Positions 37,020 to 47,230 of a stretch of 64,000 nt of DNA are shown here, in pieces. How positions within the stretch are numbered: the stretch's first letter is position 1; every line of letters starts with the position of its first letter. Source of the stretch: a virus (Duplodnaviria > Caudoviricetes). The notes beneath the pieces are model-generated. The model ran no database searches, had not been told where the DNA came from, and was given only the letters and a program-made list of their open reading frames with translations. A program made the translations under genes and the position numbers. The stretch is from positions 1-64,000 of the IMG/VR virus record IMGVR_UViG_3300021962_008747; one strand, given 5' to 3'.

Positions 37020-39062
37020 TTAATACGCCTTACCAACCCCTTTAGATGGTAAAGTAATGCCTGCCGGGGTTATTGTCAATGGTGGAATAAACATCTCTGC
37101 TTTACCATTTTTATTATTTTCTGCATTTTGTCCTTGTATTAATCCTTTTAACGCAATATTCATAAGATTTGGACTTCCATCTGCATTTGCGCCAGTTGGT
37201 AAACCCGCCTTTTGTAAATTTTTTATAGTATTTGCAAAGGCTCTAGTATCTGAAACACCACCTAATTGGGCGGCACCTGCTAATACAAACTGAGGTAACC
37301 CAATATTGAGTTTAGCAACACTTAAATTTAATAGTTTTAATATTTCATCTATCACGTTTTTACAATTTGCAAAATCAGTAAATAATTGGTTTAATTGTAA
37401 CAAAGAATAAACAATACTAGAATACATTTCATAATATTTTTTTTGTTGTTCTGTTGCAATATCTAATAAAATATCTTGGACTAATAGTTTTATATTTTTT
37501 TTAATTTCTTTAAATAATTCTTCTATGAAAATGGTCACAATTTTTTTGGAAATGCCAAATACTACTTTTTTAAACTTTTTTATAAAATCTAATAAACCAT
37601 CATAGTATTCATTAAATGTGTTTGAGGCAACCGTTTTTATGGCTTTGAACATAGTCATAAACCCTAACATAAATTTAGGACTCAAAATAGTTTTTAAAAG
37701 ATTTGTAGGTAAATCAATTATCATTTCTCTAAAAATAAAATCAAGTATGTTCAAGTTTAACACGTCTATACTACCTGACCAATTTGGATCTTTACTTAAC
37801 CCAGCTAAACCATTTAATAAATTATCAATTTTCTTTTCACTTTTGTTTTCACTTATTATTTGTTTTTGTAGTTTTGTTACCGCTAAAACATTAATCGGTA
37901 ATAAAACAGAATCACAACCATCAAAAGTTACTAACCCATTTTGAATGTTGTTAACCCTATCCTCAATTTGTCTAAGTTCTATACCCGAAACCGTAAAAAA
38001 ATCATCACTTAAAGAATCGTCTTCGGCCACCTTAGCGTTTCCTGAAACCTCAATTTTTGGGTTGTCCGTACATATACCCATTAAACGTTTAATAATACTA
38101 AAAAACTTTTCAATTACTGTTAGTTCTTCTTCCGGTATTTGTAATTCAAAATTCGCAGTATTAAATAATTTAGATAGAATATTATTAATTAAATTGTCCA
38201 AATTAAATAAATCTATACTTCTATAATAATCTTCTAAAAAATTGGTAACAGTATCTTGATTATTGGCCTGAGGTCTAAGTGTTATTTTAAAATATTGTTC
38301 ATTATTAATCTGTTCGTATTGAATATCAAATATTTCATTTCCTGACGCACCTTTATAATATTCTCCGTATTCTTGAAAAAATGAATTTGAAGATGATAAC
38401 CTCGTATAAAGTTGTCTATTCATAGAATATGGAGTTCCTGATAAAAAAAGTGACCCGTTTGTGGTTGCAGAAGTTTCATAACTATATTTTGTCAATTCAT
38501 CATCTGGAGAATTTTTTAATATATTAAAAAAGTCTAAATTTTTTATTTTTACATATATAGGGGTGTTTGTTAATACAAAATTACCATATGATTGATCCTG
38601 AGAACATCCGATAGCGTATAAAATTTCTTGTATAATTATTTTAAGAATCCTTTCTTTTGTGTTTACACATGTTGTTAAAAAAATCCTACTCATCCTATCC
38701 AGACTATTTCTATTTTTTCTTTTTTGTTTTTTAGATTTTTTTTGTTTTATCTTTTCTTTTACGTTTTCATTAGAGTCTTCACTATCGTCAGTTTCTTCTG
38801 CGTCATCAGTTTGTGTAAAAATTGATAGCAACTTTTCTATTGGTGATTCTTCTGAAGATCTTAAATCTTTAATTTTTTCACCTAAACTTTTTTTGTCCTC
38901 ATCAGAAGTAATTTGTTTTTTTTCGGCTTTTGTATTTGAAGTTGGATCTTTGATTTTATCCTTCTTTAATTTCTTATCTGCTTTACTGGATTCTTTTACG
39001 GTTTTTATTGCTGAAATTTCTTCAGACGCATCACTATAACTTTTTTTTAAATCAAGTCCCAT
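37020..39062 (-). CDS. Large hypothetical protein (putative baseplate/structural)
   Basis: 680-aa ORF co-oriented in the structural operon. Confidence 0.6.
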   Translation of the reverse strand: MGLDLKKSYSDASEEISAIKTVKESSKADKKLKKDKIKDPTSNTKAEKKQITSDEDKKSLGEKIKDLRSSEESPIEKLLSIFTQTDDAEETDDSEDSNENVKEKIKQKKSKKQKRKNRNSLDRMSRIFLTTCVNTKERILKIIIQEILYAIGCSQDQSYGNFVLTNTPIYVKIKNLDFFNILKNSPDDELTKYSYETSATTNGSLFLSGTPYSMNRQLYTRLSSSNSFFQEYGEYYKGASGNEIFDIQYEQINNEQYFKITLRPQANNQDTVTNFLEDYYRSIDLFNLDNLINNILSKLFNTANFELQIPEEELTVIEKFFSIIKRLMGICTDNPKIEVSGNAKVAEDDSLSDDFFTVSGIELRQIEDRVNNIQNGLVTFDGCDSVLLPINVLAVTKLQKQIISENKSEKKIDNLLNGLAGLSKDPNWSGSIDVLNLNILDFIFREMIIDLPTNLLKTILSPKFMLGFMTMFKAIKTVASNTFNEYYDGLLDFIKKFKKVVFGISKKIVTIFIEELFKEIKKNIKLLVQDILLDIATEQQKKYYEMYSSIVYSLLQLNQLFTDFANCKNVIDEILKLLNLSVAKLNIGLPQFVLAGAAQLGGVSDTRAFANTIKNLQKAGLPTGANADGSPNLMNIALKGLIQGQNAENNKNGKAEMFIPPLTITPAGITLPSKGVGKAY

Positions 39063-39065
39063 TTT

Positions 39066-39434
39066 TTAGATATTGAATGTACCGTTACTTGGTTTATTTA
39101 TGTCTTTTTGTATTAAATTTTGTAATAACTCATCATCAACATCAGTTAAACTAAAGTCTTCGTCACTTGATTTATTTGATTTTTCCCAAATTGTTGATTG
39201 TAATTTTGATAGTGATAGTTTTTTTTCTATGGTATCGTTAATAATTTTTTGCTGTTCTTTTATAACAGGACCTATTAATGTCATGTCTTCAGGATCTTTA
39301 AGCATAGATAACATTTTATTTTGTATTCTAATTGCGGTAGACCTCTGCTCAACTAGTTCATTATATATTTCTTGCATTAATCCTAAGACCGAATCTTTGT
39401 TTAGTGCAATCTCTTTTTTTCTTTGTCTATTCAT
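39066..39434 (-). CDS. Hypothetical coiled-coil protein
   Basis: 122 aa; TATTTAT at 39440-39446. Confidence 0.6.
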   Translation of the reverse strand: MNRQRKKEIALNKDSVLGLMQEIYNELVEQRSTAIRIQNKMLSMLKDPEDMTLIGPVIKEQQKIINDTIEKKLSLSKLQSTIWEKSNKSSDEDFSLTDVDDELLQNLIQKDINKPSNGTFNI

Positions 39435-39462
39435 AATATATAAATATTAATTATAGAATTTT

Positions 39463-40194
39463 TCAATCCTTTTTTATCTTTTCTAAAGTAGTCAGATAAA
39501 GAGTCTTATATTTTTTAAGATATAATCTAATCTCTTTTGTGGATAAATTAGTCATTTCACGTAAAGATAAAAGTATTATATTTTTATTAAACTTATTATT
39601 GTCGTTACCTATAAAAATGTTTCCGTAGTTGTTAAACAACTCTATTAATGATTGACCTAATTTCATTTCCGAGTCGTTTAATTTCATATCCTGAATATAT
39701 GTTTTTAAGTCTTGTAAGAATACATCAATTATTTTTTCTGCGTCAATCTCTTCGTTTTCTATATAATATATTAAATCAGGCCTATTTTCCAAACTTGTAG
39801 AAATGTCTTCATAAGAAATTTTTCTATTCATTTCCCTTTGATCTTTTTGTATTTGACCCATTAAATAATTTTTACATATGGTACCAAAATAAGAATAGGC
39901 CTTCTTATTTTTATCTGGCTTAAACTTATCCACTTTTGTCATAAGAAAAGAATGAGTATCTGTGTGAAGATCTTTATAATCCATATCTTTTCTGTATAAT
40001 TTATATCTTCTAATAATAGAATCTATCATCTTATCAAGAGGATCTCTTAAAAAATTGTTATATATAAACTCTTTTTCTCTTTGGTCTTCACTATTAATAT
40101 AGTTAATAACTGCCTCTTCTTCGCGAATATCAAAATAATTATTTTTATTCGCCTTTTTCTTTTTTAATTCTTTGTTTTCATCATTAACTAACAT
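39463..40194 (-). CDS. Phage sigma factor, T4 gp55-like (late transcription)
   Basis: NNYF...EEAVINY; KFKPDKNKKAYSYFGTICKNYL resembles sigma region 2 of gp55-like proteins. Confidence 0.65.
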   Translation of the reverse strand: MLVNDENKELKKKKANKNNYFDIREEEAVINYINSEDQREKEFIYNNFLRDPLDKMIDSIIRRYKLYRKDMDYKDLHTDTHSFLMTKVDKFKPDKNKKAYSYFGTICKNYLMGQIQKDQREMNRKISYEDISTSLENRPDLIYYIENEEIDAEKIIDVFLQDLKTYIQDMKLNDSEMKLGQSLIELFNNYGNIFIGNDNNKFNKNIILLSLREMTNLSTKEIRLYLKKYKTLYLTTLEKIKKD

Positions 40195-40997
40195 TAAACA
40201 TTTTCTTCAACATACTTTATATTTCTATCTGTAGTAAAGAAATGTTCTTTTTTTGCGGTTTCTAACCAAAAACTAACCTCATTGTCGGAGATTTTTTCCT
40301 CACCATATTTGTAGTTCCAAAATAATGAACCTTCTCTCATATTTGTATGTTTATAACCAATTCTAGGTATTGTTAATATCTTATTAGAATTATATGTCAT
40401 TCTTAATAAAAGTTCATAAACAAAAGTTAATTTTATTGATGGTTTAAAACCTCCATTCTCTAAGAACTTTTCTTTTTTAACAACCATTCCACTCGTTTGA
40501 AAATTTTGATAATTTAACAATAGTTCATTTGTTAAATAACCTAACTCACTATTCATGCTGACGGCAAAAGTCGCTTCATTTGTAAACCCAGCAAAAACGC
40601 CTTTTTCATCTGTATCAACAACTAAAGGTAAAAACGCATCTATTTCAGGAAATGACTTTTCATAGTCTTTAACATTTTTAAACCATATAGAAGAATATTC
40701 ATCGTCAAATTCTAAAACAGAAACCCACTTACTTTTAGCTTCACTTACTCCTAAATTTACCTGTGTTGCGTAATCAAAAGAACCTTTATTTTCAATTAAC
40801 CTAACGGGTAATTGCTCAAAATCAAAATTTGATAAATGGCTGATTAATGATTCATCTGTTGAATGGACAATAATTAATTCATTTATTGGTAATGACTGAT
40901 TTTTTAAAGATTTTATTGATCTTTCTAACAATTCATCAAACCCTCTTACTTTTGAGCTTGAAAGCGGTAATATTACCGATACATCAAATTTTTCCAT
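40194..40997 (-). CDS. Glycosyltransferase family 2
   Basis: VSVILP, VNLGV..AKSKWVSVLEFDDEY. Confidence 0.8.
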   Translation of the reverse strand: MEKFDVSVILPLSSSKVRGFDELLERSIKSLKNQSLPINELIIVHSTDESLISHLSNFDFEQLPVRLIENKGSFDYATQVNLGVSEAKSKWVSVLEFDDEYSSIWFKNVKDYEKSFPEIDAFLPLVVDTDEKGVFAGFTNEATFAVSMNSELGYLTNELLLNYQNFQTSGMVVKKEKFLENGGFKPSIKLTFVYELLLRMTYNSNKILTIPRIGYKHTNMREGSLFWNYKYGEEKISDNEVSFWLETAKKEHFFTTDRNIKYVEENV

Positions 40998-41002
40998 ATT
41001 AA

Positions 41003-42067
41003 TTAATTTTCTACGTTTAATTTTATTTTTTCTAATTGTTCTTCAAATATCTCTAATCTAGTTTCAAAATATTTTTCAAATAACTTAACAACCTCCCCTT
41101 CAAATTTTTCAATATCTTTAAATTTATCTGAAGTATTTTTAATTTCTTCGTAAAGATTATCTGCAATATTATCCTCTAACCAATTTTGTGTAAAGTTTGC
41201 AATATAATCAACAATATCGTTTGTATTATTTGTCCAAATACCGTTATTTTCAGTCATCCACTCGTGAGGTAAATAAGGAACTTTACCAATTACAGGAGTA
41301 CCTGAAGACATAGATTCTAAAGGGAAAGTACCAAAAGAAGATATATCATCAACCCAAACAGAAAGATAACTTTCTTTTAAGAATTTAGAAAAATCATTTT
41401 GACTAATTCCTCTCATATCTCTAAACGTTAACCATCTAAACTGAGGATATTTTAAATAAAATGTTTTTATAATTTTTGCAGTATCTCTTTGTTCTCTGGA
41501 GTGTATTGAAATAATAGGGTTAGCGGGTCTTTCTTTTTTATTAAAAATAGATGATATTGTTGGCTCAATAATATCCACACTAACATTTCTAAAAATATCT
41601 GTTATGTATTTTTTTTGATTTTCACTAGTAGTAATACATTTTATAAAACCAAAATTAGCCCAAGAAGTTCCAGGCGCTAACGTTTCTAACATATAATCAT
41701 ACGACTGACATAAAACAATTTTACCACAAGTAAAGTTTTTTAATTGCTCCATTACATGACCATAAATTTCAGGAATAATAATAAAATCTTCAGGTGATAT
41801 TTGCAAATTTTGACCATCAATTGTTTGATGAGGTAATTCCATATACTCCTCACTCAACCAAGAAGATACTCCTTTATAATCTTGACTTTCATGAATGATA
41901 ATACTGTTATAACCTTTCTTAGAAAGAATCAAAGCCAAGTCATAAATGTATTTAACAGAAGCTTTTGGGTTACCTTTAGTGTCCTGCACTAAAAAATAAA
42001 TTCTTGACAACTTGTTTTTTAAACTGTTGACGGATTTTTCTAATTTTTCAATTTTTTCTAATTCCAT
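41003..42067 (-). CDS. GT-B fold glycosyltransferase-like protein
   Basis: IIIPEIYG; SSFGTFPLESMSSGTPVIG (variant ExFGxxxxE motif). Confidence 0.7.
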   Translation of the reverse strand: MELEKIEKLEKSVNSLKNKLSRIYFLVQDTKGNPKASVKYIYDLALILSKKGYNSIIIHESQDYKGVSSWLSEEYMELPHQTIDGQNLQISPEDFIIIPEIYGHVMEQLKNFTCGKIVLCQSYDYMLETLAPGTSWANFGFIKCITTSENQKKYITDIFRNVSVDIIEPTISSIFNKKERPANPIISIHSREQRDTAKIIKTFYLKYPQFRWLTFRDMRGISQNDFSKFLKESYLSVWVDDISSFGTFPLESMSSGTPVIGKVPYLPHEWMTENNGIWTNNTNDIVDYIANFTQNWLEDNIADNLYEEIKNTSDKFKDIEKFEGEVVKLFEKYFETRLEIFEEQLEKIKLNVEN

Positions 42068-42070
42068 TTT

Positions 42071-42358
42071 TTAAAACTTTTTAAGTATTTTATTTATTAA
42101 TAAAGTGTTGAATGCGATTTTAAATGGGATTGTTAAGTTTTTTGCCCCATGTATACCTAAATCTTCATCTAACTCTTCACGTTCTGTAAGTAAAACCTCG
42201 ATCAAACTTTTAAAGGTTTCAAATCTTGTTACACTTATTTGTTGTTCTGGAGATTCTGTATCACCCGTGGTTAAAGGTAAAACAGATTTTTCGTAACTTA
42301 CTTGTTTTTCTAGTTCATTAATGTCCAAGAAATAGTTTTCTCCTAAAAATTCTAACAT
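42071..42358 (-). CDS. Hypothetical protein
   Basis: 95 aa within the operon. Confidence 0.55.
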   Translation of the reverse strand: MLEFLGENYFLDINELEKQVSYEKSVLPLTTGDTESPEQQISVTRFETFKSLIEVLLTEREELDEDLGIHGAKNLTIPFKIAFNTLLINKILKKF

Positions 42359-43002
42359 ATATCTAATTTTTTTAATGTTTCGTCAAATTCTTTCAATGTG
42401 TTTATTTCATATTCACAACTGACATTTTTATTATAATTCGTATTAAATTTTACTACGATTTTATCTTTTGGTTTTTCTAATATTAGTTGAGGATTGGACG
42501 TAAGTAAAATGTCTACTTCATTCCACATTGAATTTATTGTAACATTTGAGTAAAATTTTATCTTTTCTAGTAAACATCCAAACTTAGAAAGAAAAAATAA
42601 TGAAGATGGCTTTGATTTTCCCATCTCATCAGAAACAATTAATAATTCATTTTTGTCTCGATATTTTAAATAAATTTCATTCAAGTCATTAAATGTAAAT
42701 GTTTCGGTGGACCCTGCGTGACCAAATATTTGCATCGCAAAATCTTCATACATAAAAGAATATAATTCATCTTCATTAGTAAAATTAAAATGATTCATTA
42801 AATTCAATGAAGTCACTTCACTAAGTATTTTATATTCAAATTCTACTATAGGTACTATTTCTTCAGTATTCCCTGAAAGATCGATTTCATAGGTTTTACT
42901 ATTATCATCTTTTTCTTCAATCATATGTTTTTCATATAACTGAGTAAATTTTCCAATAGTATCTCTTAGAACACCGTTAATCTCAATCCCTATTCTCTTC
43001 AT
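42352..43002 (-). CDS. HAD-like 5'(3')-nucleotidase homologue with degenerate motif I
   Basis: RIGIEINGVLRD in place of IxIDxDGVL; C-terminal KFNTNYNK. Confidence 0.55.
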   Translation of the reverse strand: MKRIGIEINGVLRDTIGKFTQLYEKHMIEEKDDNSKTYEIDLSGNTEEIVPIVEFEYKILSEVTSLNLMNHFNFTNEDELYSFMYEDFAMQIFGHAGSTETFTFNDLNEIYLKYRDKNELLIVSDEMGKSKPSSLFFLSKFGCLLEKIKFYSNVTINSMWNEVDILLTSNPQLILEKPKDKIVVKFNTNYNKNVSCEYEINTLKEFDETLKKLDIC

Positions 43003-43714
43003 ATTTTTTTAATAACTTACTTATAAGTGGGTTTCTTACAACATCACCATCACCAAATTCAAACACACCAATATCAGAAACATCATTAAACTTTTTAATT
43101 GCATCATAAAGACCTGATTGTTTTTTATCTCTATAACGGTCAGTTTGTTCAATATCGCCCGATATAAAGAATTTACTATTAAACCCGATTCTTGTCAATA
43201 GTAATTTCATTTGATTTGGGCTTGAGTTTTGGGCCTCTTCAAATATTAAAATTGTATTATCAATATTCATCCCTCTCATATATGCCAAAGCAAACACCTC
43301 GATCACTTCCGCATCTTTTAGTCTTTCACGGGCTTCCTTACCTATGATTTTATTTAATAGATAATAAGAAGGAAAAATATAAGGGTCTAATTTTTCTTCT
43401 AAGTTACCCGGTAAAGAACCAAGTTTTTCTTCTGCTTCGACCGCTGGTCTAACAATAACTAATTTTTCATAAGAATTAGTCGGGTCCATTAATAAATCAA
43501 CTGCAGCCTTCATAGCGATGTACGATTTACCGACACCCGCGGGTCCCGAACAAATAGTTATCTGATTATTTCTTAAAAGGTTATAATAGTGTTCTTGACT
43601 CTCAGTTAGGAATTTATTTTTAATTTTTTTCTTTATTACCGAATTAATAAAGTCTTTTTTAGAAAAAGGTTTGGATTCTTGTTCTTCGGTTTGAGGTTGT
43701 TTTTTTCTTGTCAT
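42983..43714 (-). CDS. phoH: PhoH-family ATPase
   Basis: GPAGVGKS, RPAVEAEEKLGSLPG, AYMRG, EEAQN, SGDIEQTD, VVRNPLI. Confidence 0.92.
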   Translation of the reverse strand: MTRKKQPQTEEQESKPFSKKDFINSVIKKKIKNKFLTESQEHYYNLLRNNQITICSGPAGVGKSYIAMKAAVDLLMDPTNSYEKLVIVRPAVEAEEKLGSLPGNLEEKLDPYIFPSYYLLNKIIGKEARERLKDAEVIEVFALAYMRGMNIDNTILIFEEAQNSSPNQMKLLLTRIGFNSKFFISGDIEQTDRYRDKKQSGLYDAIKKFNDVSDIGVFEFGDGDVVRNPLISKLLKKYEENRD

Positions 43715-43719
43715 AGTTT

Positions 43720-44544
43720 TTATTTATAAAGTTTGATTGAAAAATCCTTTAACTCGTTAAGTTGATCTTTTAATGTAGGTATATCAAATTTGTTTATATC
43801 ATCATATATTGTAGACAAACTTCTATCACAAGTTTTTTCAGTTTGTTTTTCAACCACAGTAACGTTAAGTTCAAATGTTTTACTTATTAATTCTACTAAT
43901 TCCTTTTTATTAAGTGTATTTGAGTGTAGATGTTTTGTACCACCCCAAAATAAATTTTTATCAATCATTTTTTTACAAATTTTTGCAAATTCTAAACAAG
44001 TTACACCATTCCAAAAATGATTAGTAAACCCATTAACCGTTTTATTTTTTTCGGACTTAACCCATTCTATAAGTGATCTACCTTGATTTACTTCTTCACC
44101 TATAATTGATGTTCTTATAACTGTACAATTTTTTGGTTCCCCAAGGGCTTTAGACATACCATAAACATCGTAAACATCATAATTATCATTTTCAGAATAA
44201 CTACCTTTGTTACCTGAATATACACAGTCGGTTGTTGGGTGTATCATTTTTACTTTGTAATACTCACATACATTTGCTAAAATTCTTGGGAAAACTGAAT
44301 TTACTAATACTGCATTTAAATCACCCAATTGATCTACTCTTGGTTTTATTGTGCCTGCGCAGTTGATTACTACATCTCCCTCATTAATTTTTAAATGTAT
44401 AAATTTTGCTTTTAATTCAGACTCTTTAATTAAAGATGCGTCTATATCTTTTCTACTAATTTCAACTACTTCATAATAATCATTCAAATACGTAGATACG
44501 TATTTCCCTAACATTCCGGTACTTCCTATAACAAAAATTTTCAT
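43720..44544 (-). CDS. rmlD: dTDP-4-dehydrorhamnose reductase-like SDR
   Basis: GSTGMLG, TDCVYSG, YGMSKALGE, RTSIIG. Confidence 0.85.
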   Translation of the reverse strand: MKIFVIGSTGMLGKYVSTYLNDYYEVVEISRKDIDASLIKESELKAKFIHLKINEGDVVINCAGTIKPRVDQLGDLNAVLVNSVFPRILANVCEYYKVKMIHPTTDCVYSGNKGSYSENDNYDVYDVYGMSKALGEPKNCTVIRTSIIGEEVNQGRSLIEWVKSEKNKTVNGFTNHFWNGVTCLEFAKICKKMIDKNLFWGGTKHLHSNTLNKKELVELISKTFELNVTVVEKQTEKTCDRSLSTIYDDINKFDIPTLKDQLNELKDFSIKLYK

Positions 44545-44561
44545 ATTTTATATTTTATATT

Positions 44562-44981
44562 TTATCTATATTCTTCATTCCATATGTCCCACTTGTCGTG
44601 TTCCTGTCTTATATCGTCACCTAAACTTTCATCTAATGTTGACGTTGAAAAAAACATTATTTTTGTATTTTCTTCTAATGATTTAAATCCGTTATAATTA
44701 CCTGGAGGTATCCATAGTATTTTTGGTGATTTACTACTTAATACAAACTTTTTTACTTCTTCAGTCTCCATATTCACTACACCGATTAACGCAGAACCAC
44801 TTGTTACGTACACATATTTACCTTCTTTTTTGTGTCCGTGCCACGCTCTTATAAATCCCCTTCTGTGATTTTCTACTTGGTAAAATCTTTTTACTCCGAT
44901 AAAGTTAAAATCATTAACAAAACTAACAGAACCTCTATCATCGATAGAAAGTCCGCCATTTAAAATTTTACTTTCTGTCAT
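44562..44981 (-). CDS. RmlC-like cupin (NDP-sugar epimerase/isomerase)
   Basis: DDRG, IRAWHGH, LWIPPGNYNGFKSL. Confidence 0.8.
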   Translation of the reverse strand: MTESKILNGGLSIDDRGSVSFVNDFNFIGVKRFYQVENHRRGFIRAWHGHKKEGKYVYVTSGSALIGVVNMETEEVKKFVLSSKSPKILWIPPGNYNGFKSLEENTKIMFFSTSTLDESLGDDIRQEHDKWDIWNEEYR

Positions 44982-45937
44982 ACTAATTCTTTTTTATCTT
45001 TTTTATCTTTTAAAAAGGCTCCGTTGTGATAAACCCTGTCTTCAGGATCGATAACTCTATTTTCTTTAAACATGTTAAACATTCTTAATACCTCATCTTC
45101 AACAGATACTTGCGGTTTGTACTTAAAAATACTTAAAGATTTAGAATTATCAACCATATAGTTTCTTGCGTCTTGGAAAGAAATCTCAGTATAATTTATT
45201 TTAGTTTCTGGAATTATTTTGGTTATCCTCTCACCTAATTGCTTTATTATTACATTTTCTTTTGATAAAATAAAAATTCCGCCGTAGTTTTCTTTGCAGT
45301 CCTCAACAATATATTCCGCGATATCTTTAACGGCAATTATTGGTCTCCATTGTTCTCCACCGTTTATAGTTATTTCTTTGTCTTTAACCGATTTCATAGT
45401 TAAAACGTTTACAACTAAATCCATTCTAAGTCTAGAATATGTATCTCCTAAACCAAAAACAGTACCTAATCTAAATACCGTTCCTCCTTTTTGTAATACA
45501 TATTTTTCAGCAGCTAATTTAGTCGACGCATATGAAGATAATGGGTTAGTATCACTATCCTCATTTAATAAACCTTCTTGTGCACCATAAACTGAACATG
45601 TAGACATAAAAATTAAATGTTTGTTTGGTGAAACCACTTCACAAAAATCTTTAATAGATTTAAAATTTATTTCTTCAGTTAATTTGTGATCAACACTACA
45701 TGCAGGATCACCAACTAATGCTGCCATTAAAACTATAATATCAAAATTTTTAGATACGTTATATAATTTTTCAGTATCTCTAATATCACCATATATAAAT
45801 GGAATTTCTTTTAGATAACGGTTTTCATATAATAAATTATCATAAATAGTAACATTAAAACCTTCTCTAATTAAATAATCGCAAGTTAGCCCACCAATAT
45901 AACCGGCACCACCAACAACTAAAACATTCTTTTTCAT
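44978..45937 (-). CDS. NAD-dependent sugar epimerase/dehydratase
   Basis: GGAGYIG, STCSVYG, YASTK, MRxDL-like RMDLVVN. Confidence 0.88.
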   Translation of the reverse strand: MKKNVLVVGGAGYIGGLTCDYLIREGFNVTIYDNLLYENRYLKEIPFIYGDIRDTEKLYNVSKNFDIIVLMAALVGDPACSVDHKLTEEINFKSIKDFCEVVSPNKHLIFMSTCSVYGAQEGLLNEDSDTNPLSSYASTKLAAEKYVLQKGGTVFRLGTVFGLGDTYSRLRMDLVVNVLTMKSVKDKEITINGGEQWRPIIAVKDIAEYIVEDCKENYGGIFILSKENVIIKQLGERITKIIPETKINYTEISFQDARNYMVDNSKSLSIFKYKPQVSVEDEVLRMFNMFKENRVIDPEDRVYHNGAFLKDKKDKKELV

Positions 45938-45940
45938 TTT

Positions 45941-46507
45941 TTATTTTTTATTTTTTAAATTTAATAGGTATAATCTACCTCCGTATTTCTCACCAAAATT
46001 AAGTATGTCAAAATATTTTTGTATTTTTGGTTCCCAATAATTCATGTTTTCTTGAATTAAATGTAACTCAACTCCGTTATGGATATCAGAATGGTTTGCA
46101 ATGGTCAAAATTGAGAATTTTGATATCTTATTAAATGTTTTAAAAATATCGTCTACGCAATCTTTTTGTACGTGTTCTAACACGTCTAAACAAACTAATA
46201 AATCATAGTTTTTATTTTCTATTTTACTGAGTGAATTTTTATCACATAAGTTTAATTCTAAAAACTCACAATCATATTCGTGAAATTTTTTTAGATCACA
46301 TGAAGTTATCTCAATACTTGGATCTAGTTCTTTTATTATTTTGATTACATTACCTCTACCAGATCCAACATCCAATACCGATTTTATTTCATTTTCAATA
46401 ATAAAATTCTTTACTAATTGAAATCTATATTCCTCATCTGGGTGTTTATTGTAATTAGTGTCATTAAATGACGATTCATAAATGTTTTTAAAGTTTACTT
46501 TATTCAT
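45941..46507 (-). CDS. Class I SAM-dependent methyltransferase
   Basis: VLDVGSGRG, CLDVLEHV. Confidence 0.85.
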   Translation of the reverse strand: MNKVNFKNIYESSFNDTNYNKHPDEEYRFQLVKNFIIENEIKSVLDVGSGRGNVIKIIKELDPSIEITSCDLKKFHEYDCEFLELNLCDKNSLSKIENKNYDLLVCLDVLEHVQKDCVDDIFKTFNKISKFSILTIANHSDIHNGVELHLIQENMNYWEPKIQKYFDILNFGEKYGGRLYLLNLKNKK

Positions 46508-47229
46508 AGATTTTTCATTGTATAGTTTAATAATAAATTTTTATTTTTTTCTAGTAATTCGGAAGCATTAAGATGACTATAATTAACACTCTGATGCCAC
46601 TGGTGTGCAACAAAAGGATAATCTATTATTTTAATTTGTAGACCTTTTTTATTTACCCTAAAAAGAAATTCGTCGTCATCATATGCTAAACCAAGAGAAT
46701 ATCTTTGATCAAAACCATTTAATATTTCTAAATTTTTTTTGGTTATTACAGAACAAAAATGATACCCTTTGGGTCTATATATACTATGGTTATACCATGA
46801 TAATTGGCCGTCCATGGTTGCCGCAACATTTAGTATTTCAAAATCTTTTTTATTGTATGTGCTTTCTTTATCTAATGAATAACAAGCAAAACTAAAATAT
46901 TCATTATCAGTTATTTCTAAAGATTTTTTCATCACGTCGCCGACATGTTTACACTCAGGATTTTGGATAATTACTATATCACCTTTAATTTCTTTAAATC
47001 CAATATTAAACGGAACACACGGGTTTATCCACCATTTATCTTCTTTTTCTATTCTTATTACTTTTAAATTAGGGTATAAGTCTTGTAAATCTTCAATTCT
47101 ATGTTCGTCCGAACTAACATCATCAACAACTATATATTCATAGTCTTTAACTTCAGAATTTTTTAATGATTCAAGGGTGTTAATCAATAAATCTTTTCTA
47201 TTGTAATAAGCACTAACTATCGATATCAT
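46504..47229 (-). CDS. Glycosyltransferase family 2
   Basis: ISIVSAYYNR, VVDDVS, NGFDQRY..G.AYDDDEF. Confidence 0.85.
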   Translation of the reverse strand: MISIVSAYYNRKDLLINTLESLKNSEVKDYEYIVVDDVSSDEHRIEDLQDLYPNLKVIRIEKEDKWWINPCVPFNIGFKEIKGDIVIIQNPECKHVGDVMKKSLEITDNEYFSFACYSLDKESTYNKKDFEILNVAATMDGQLSWYNHSIYRPKGYHFCSVITKKNLEILNGFDQRYSLGLAYDDDEFLFRVNKKGLQIKIIDYPFVAHQWHQSVNYSHLNASELLEKNKNLLLNYTMKNL

Positions 47230-47230
47230 A

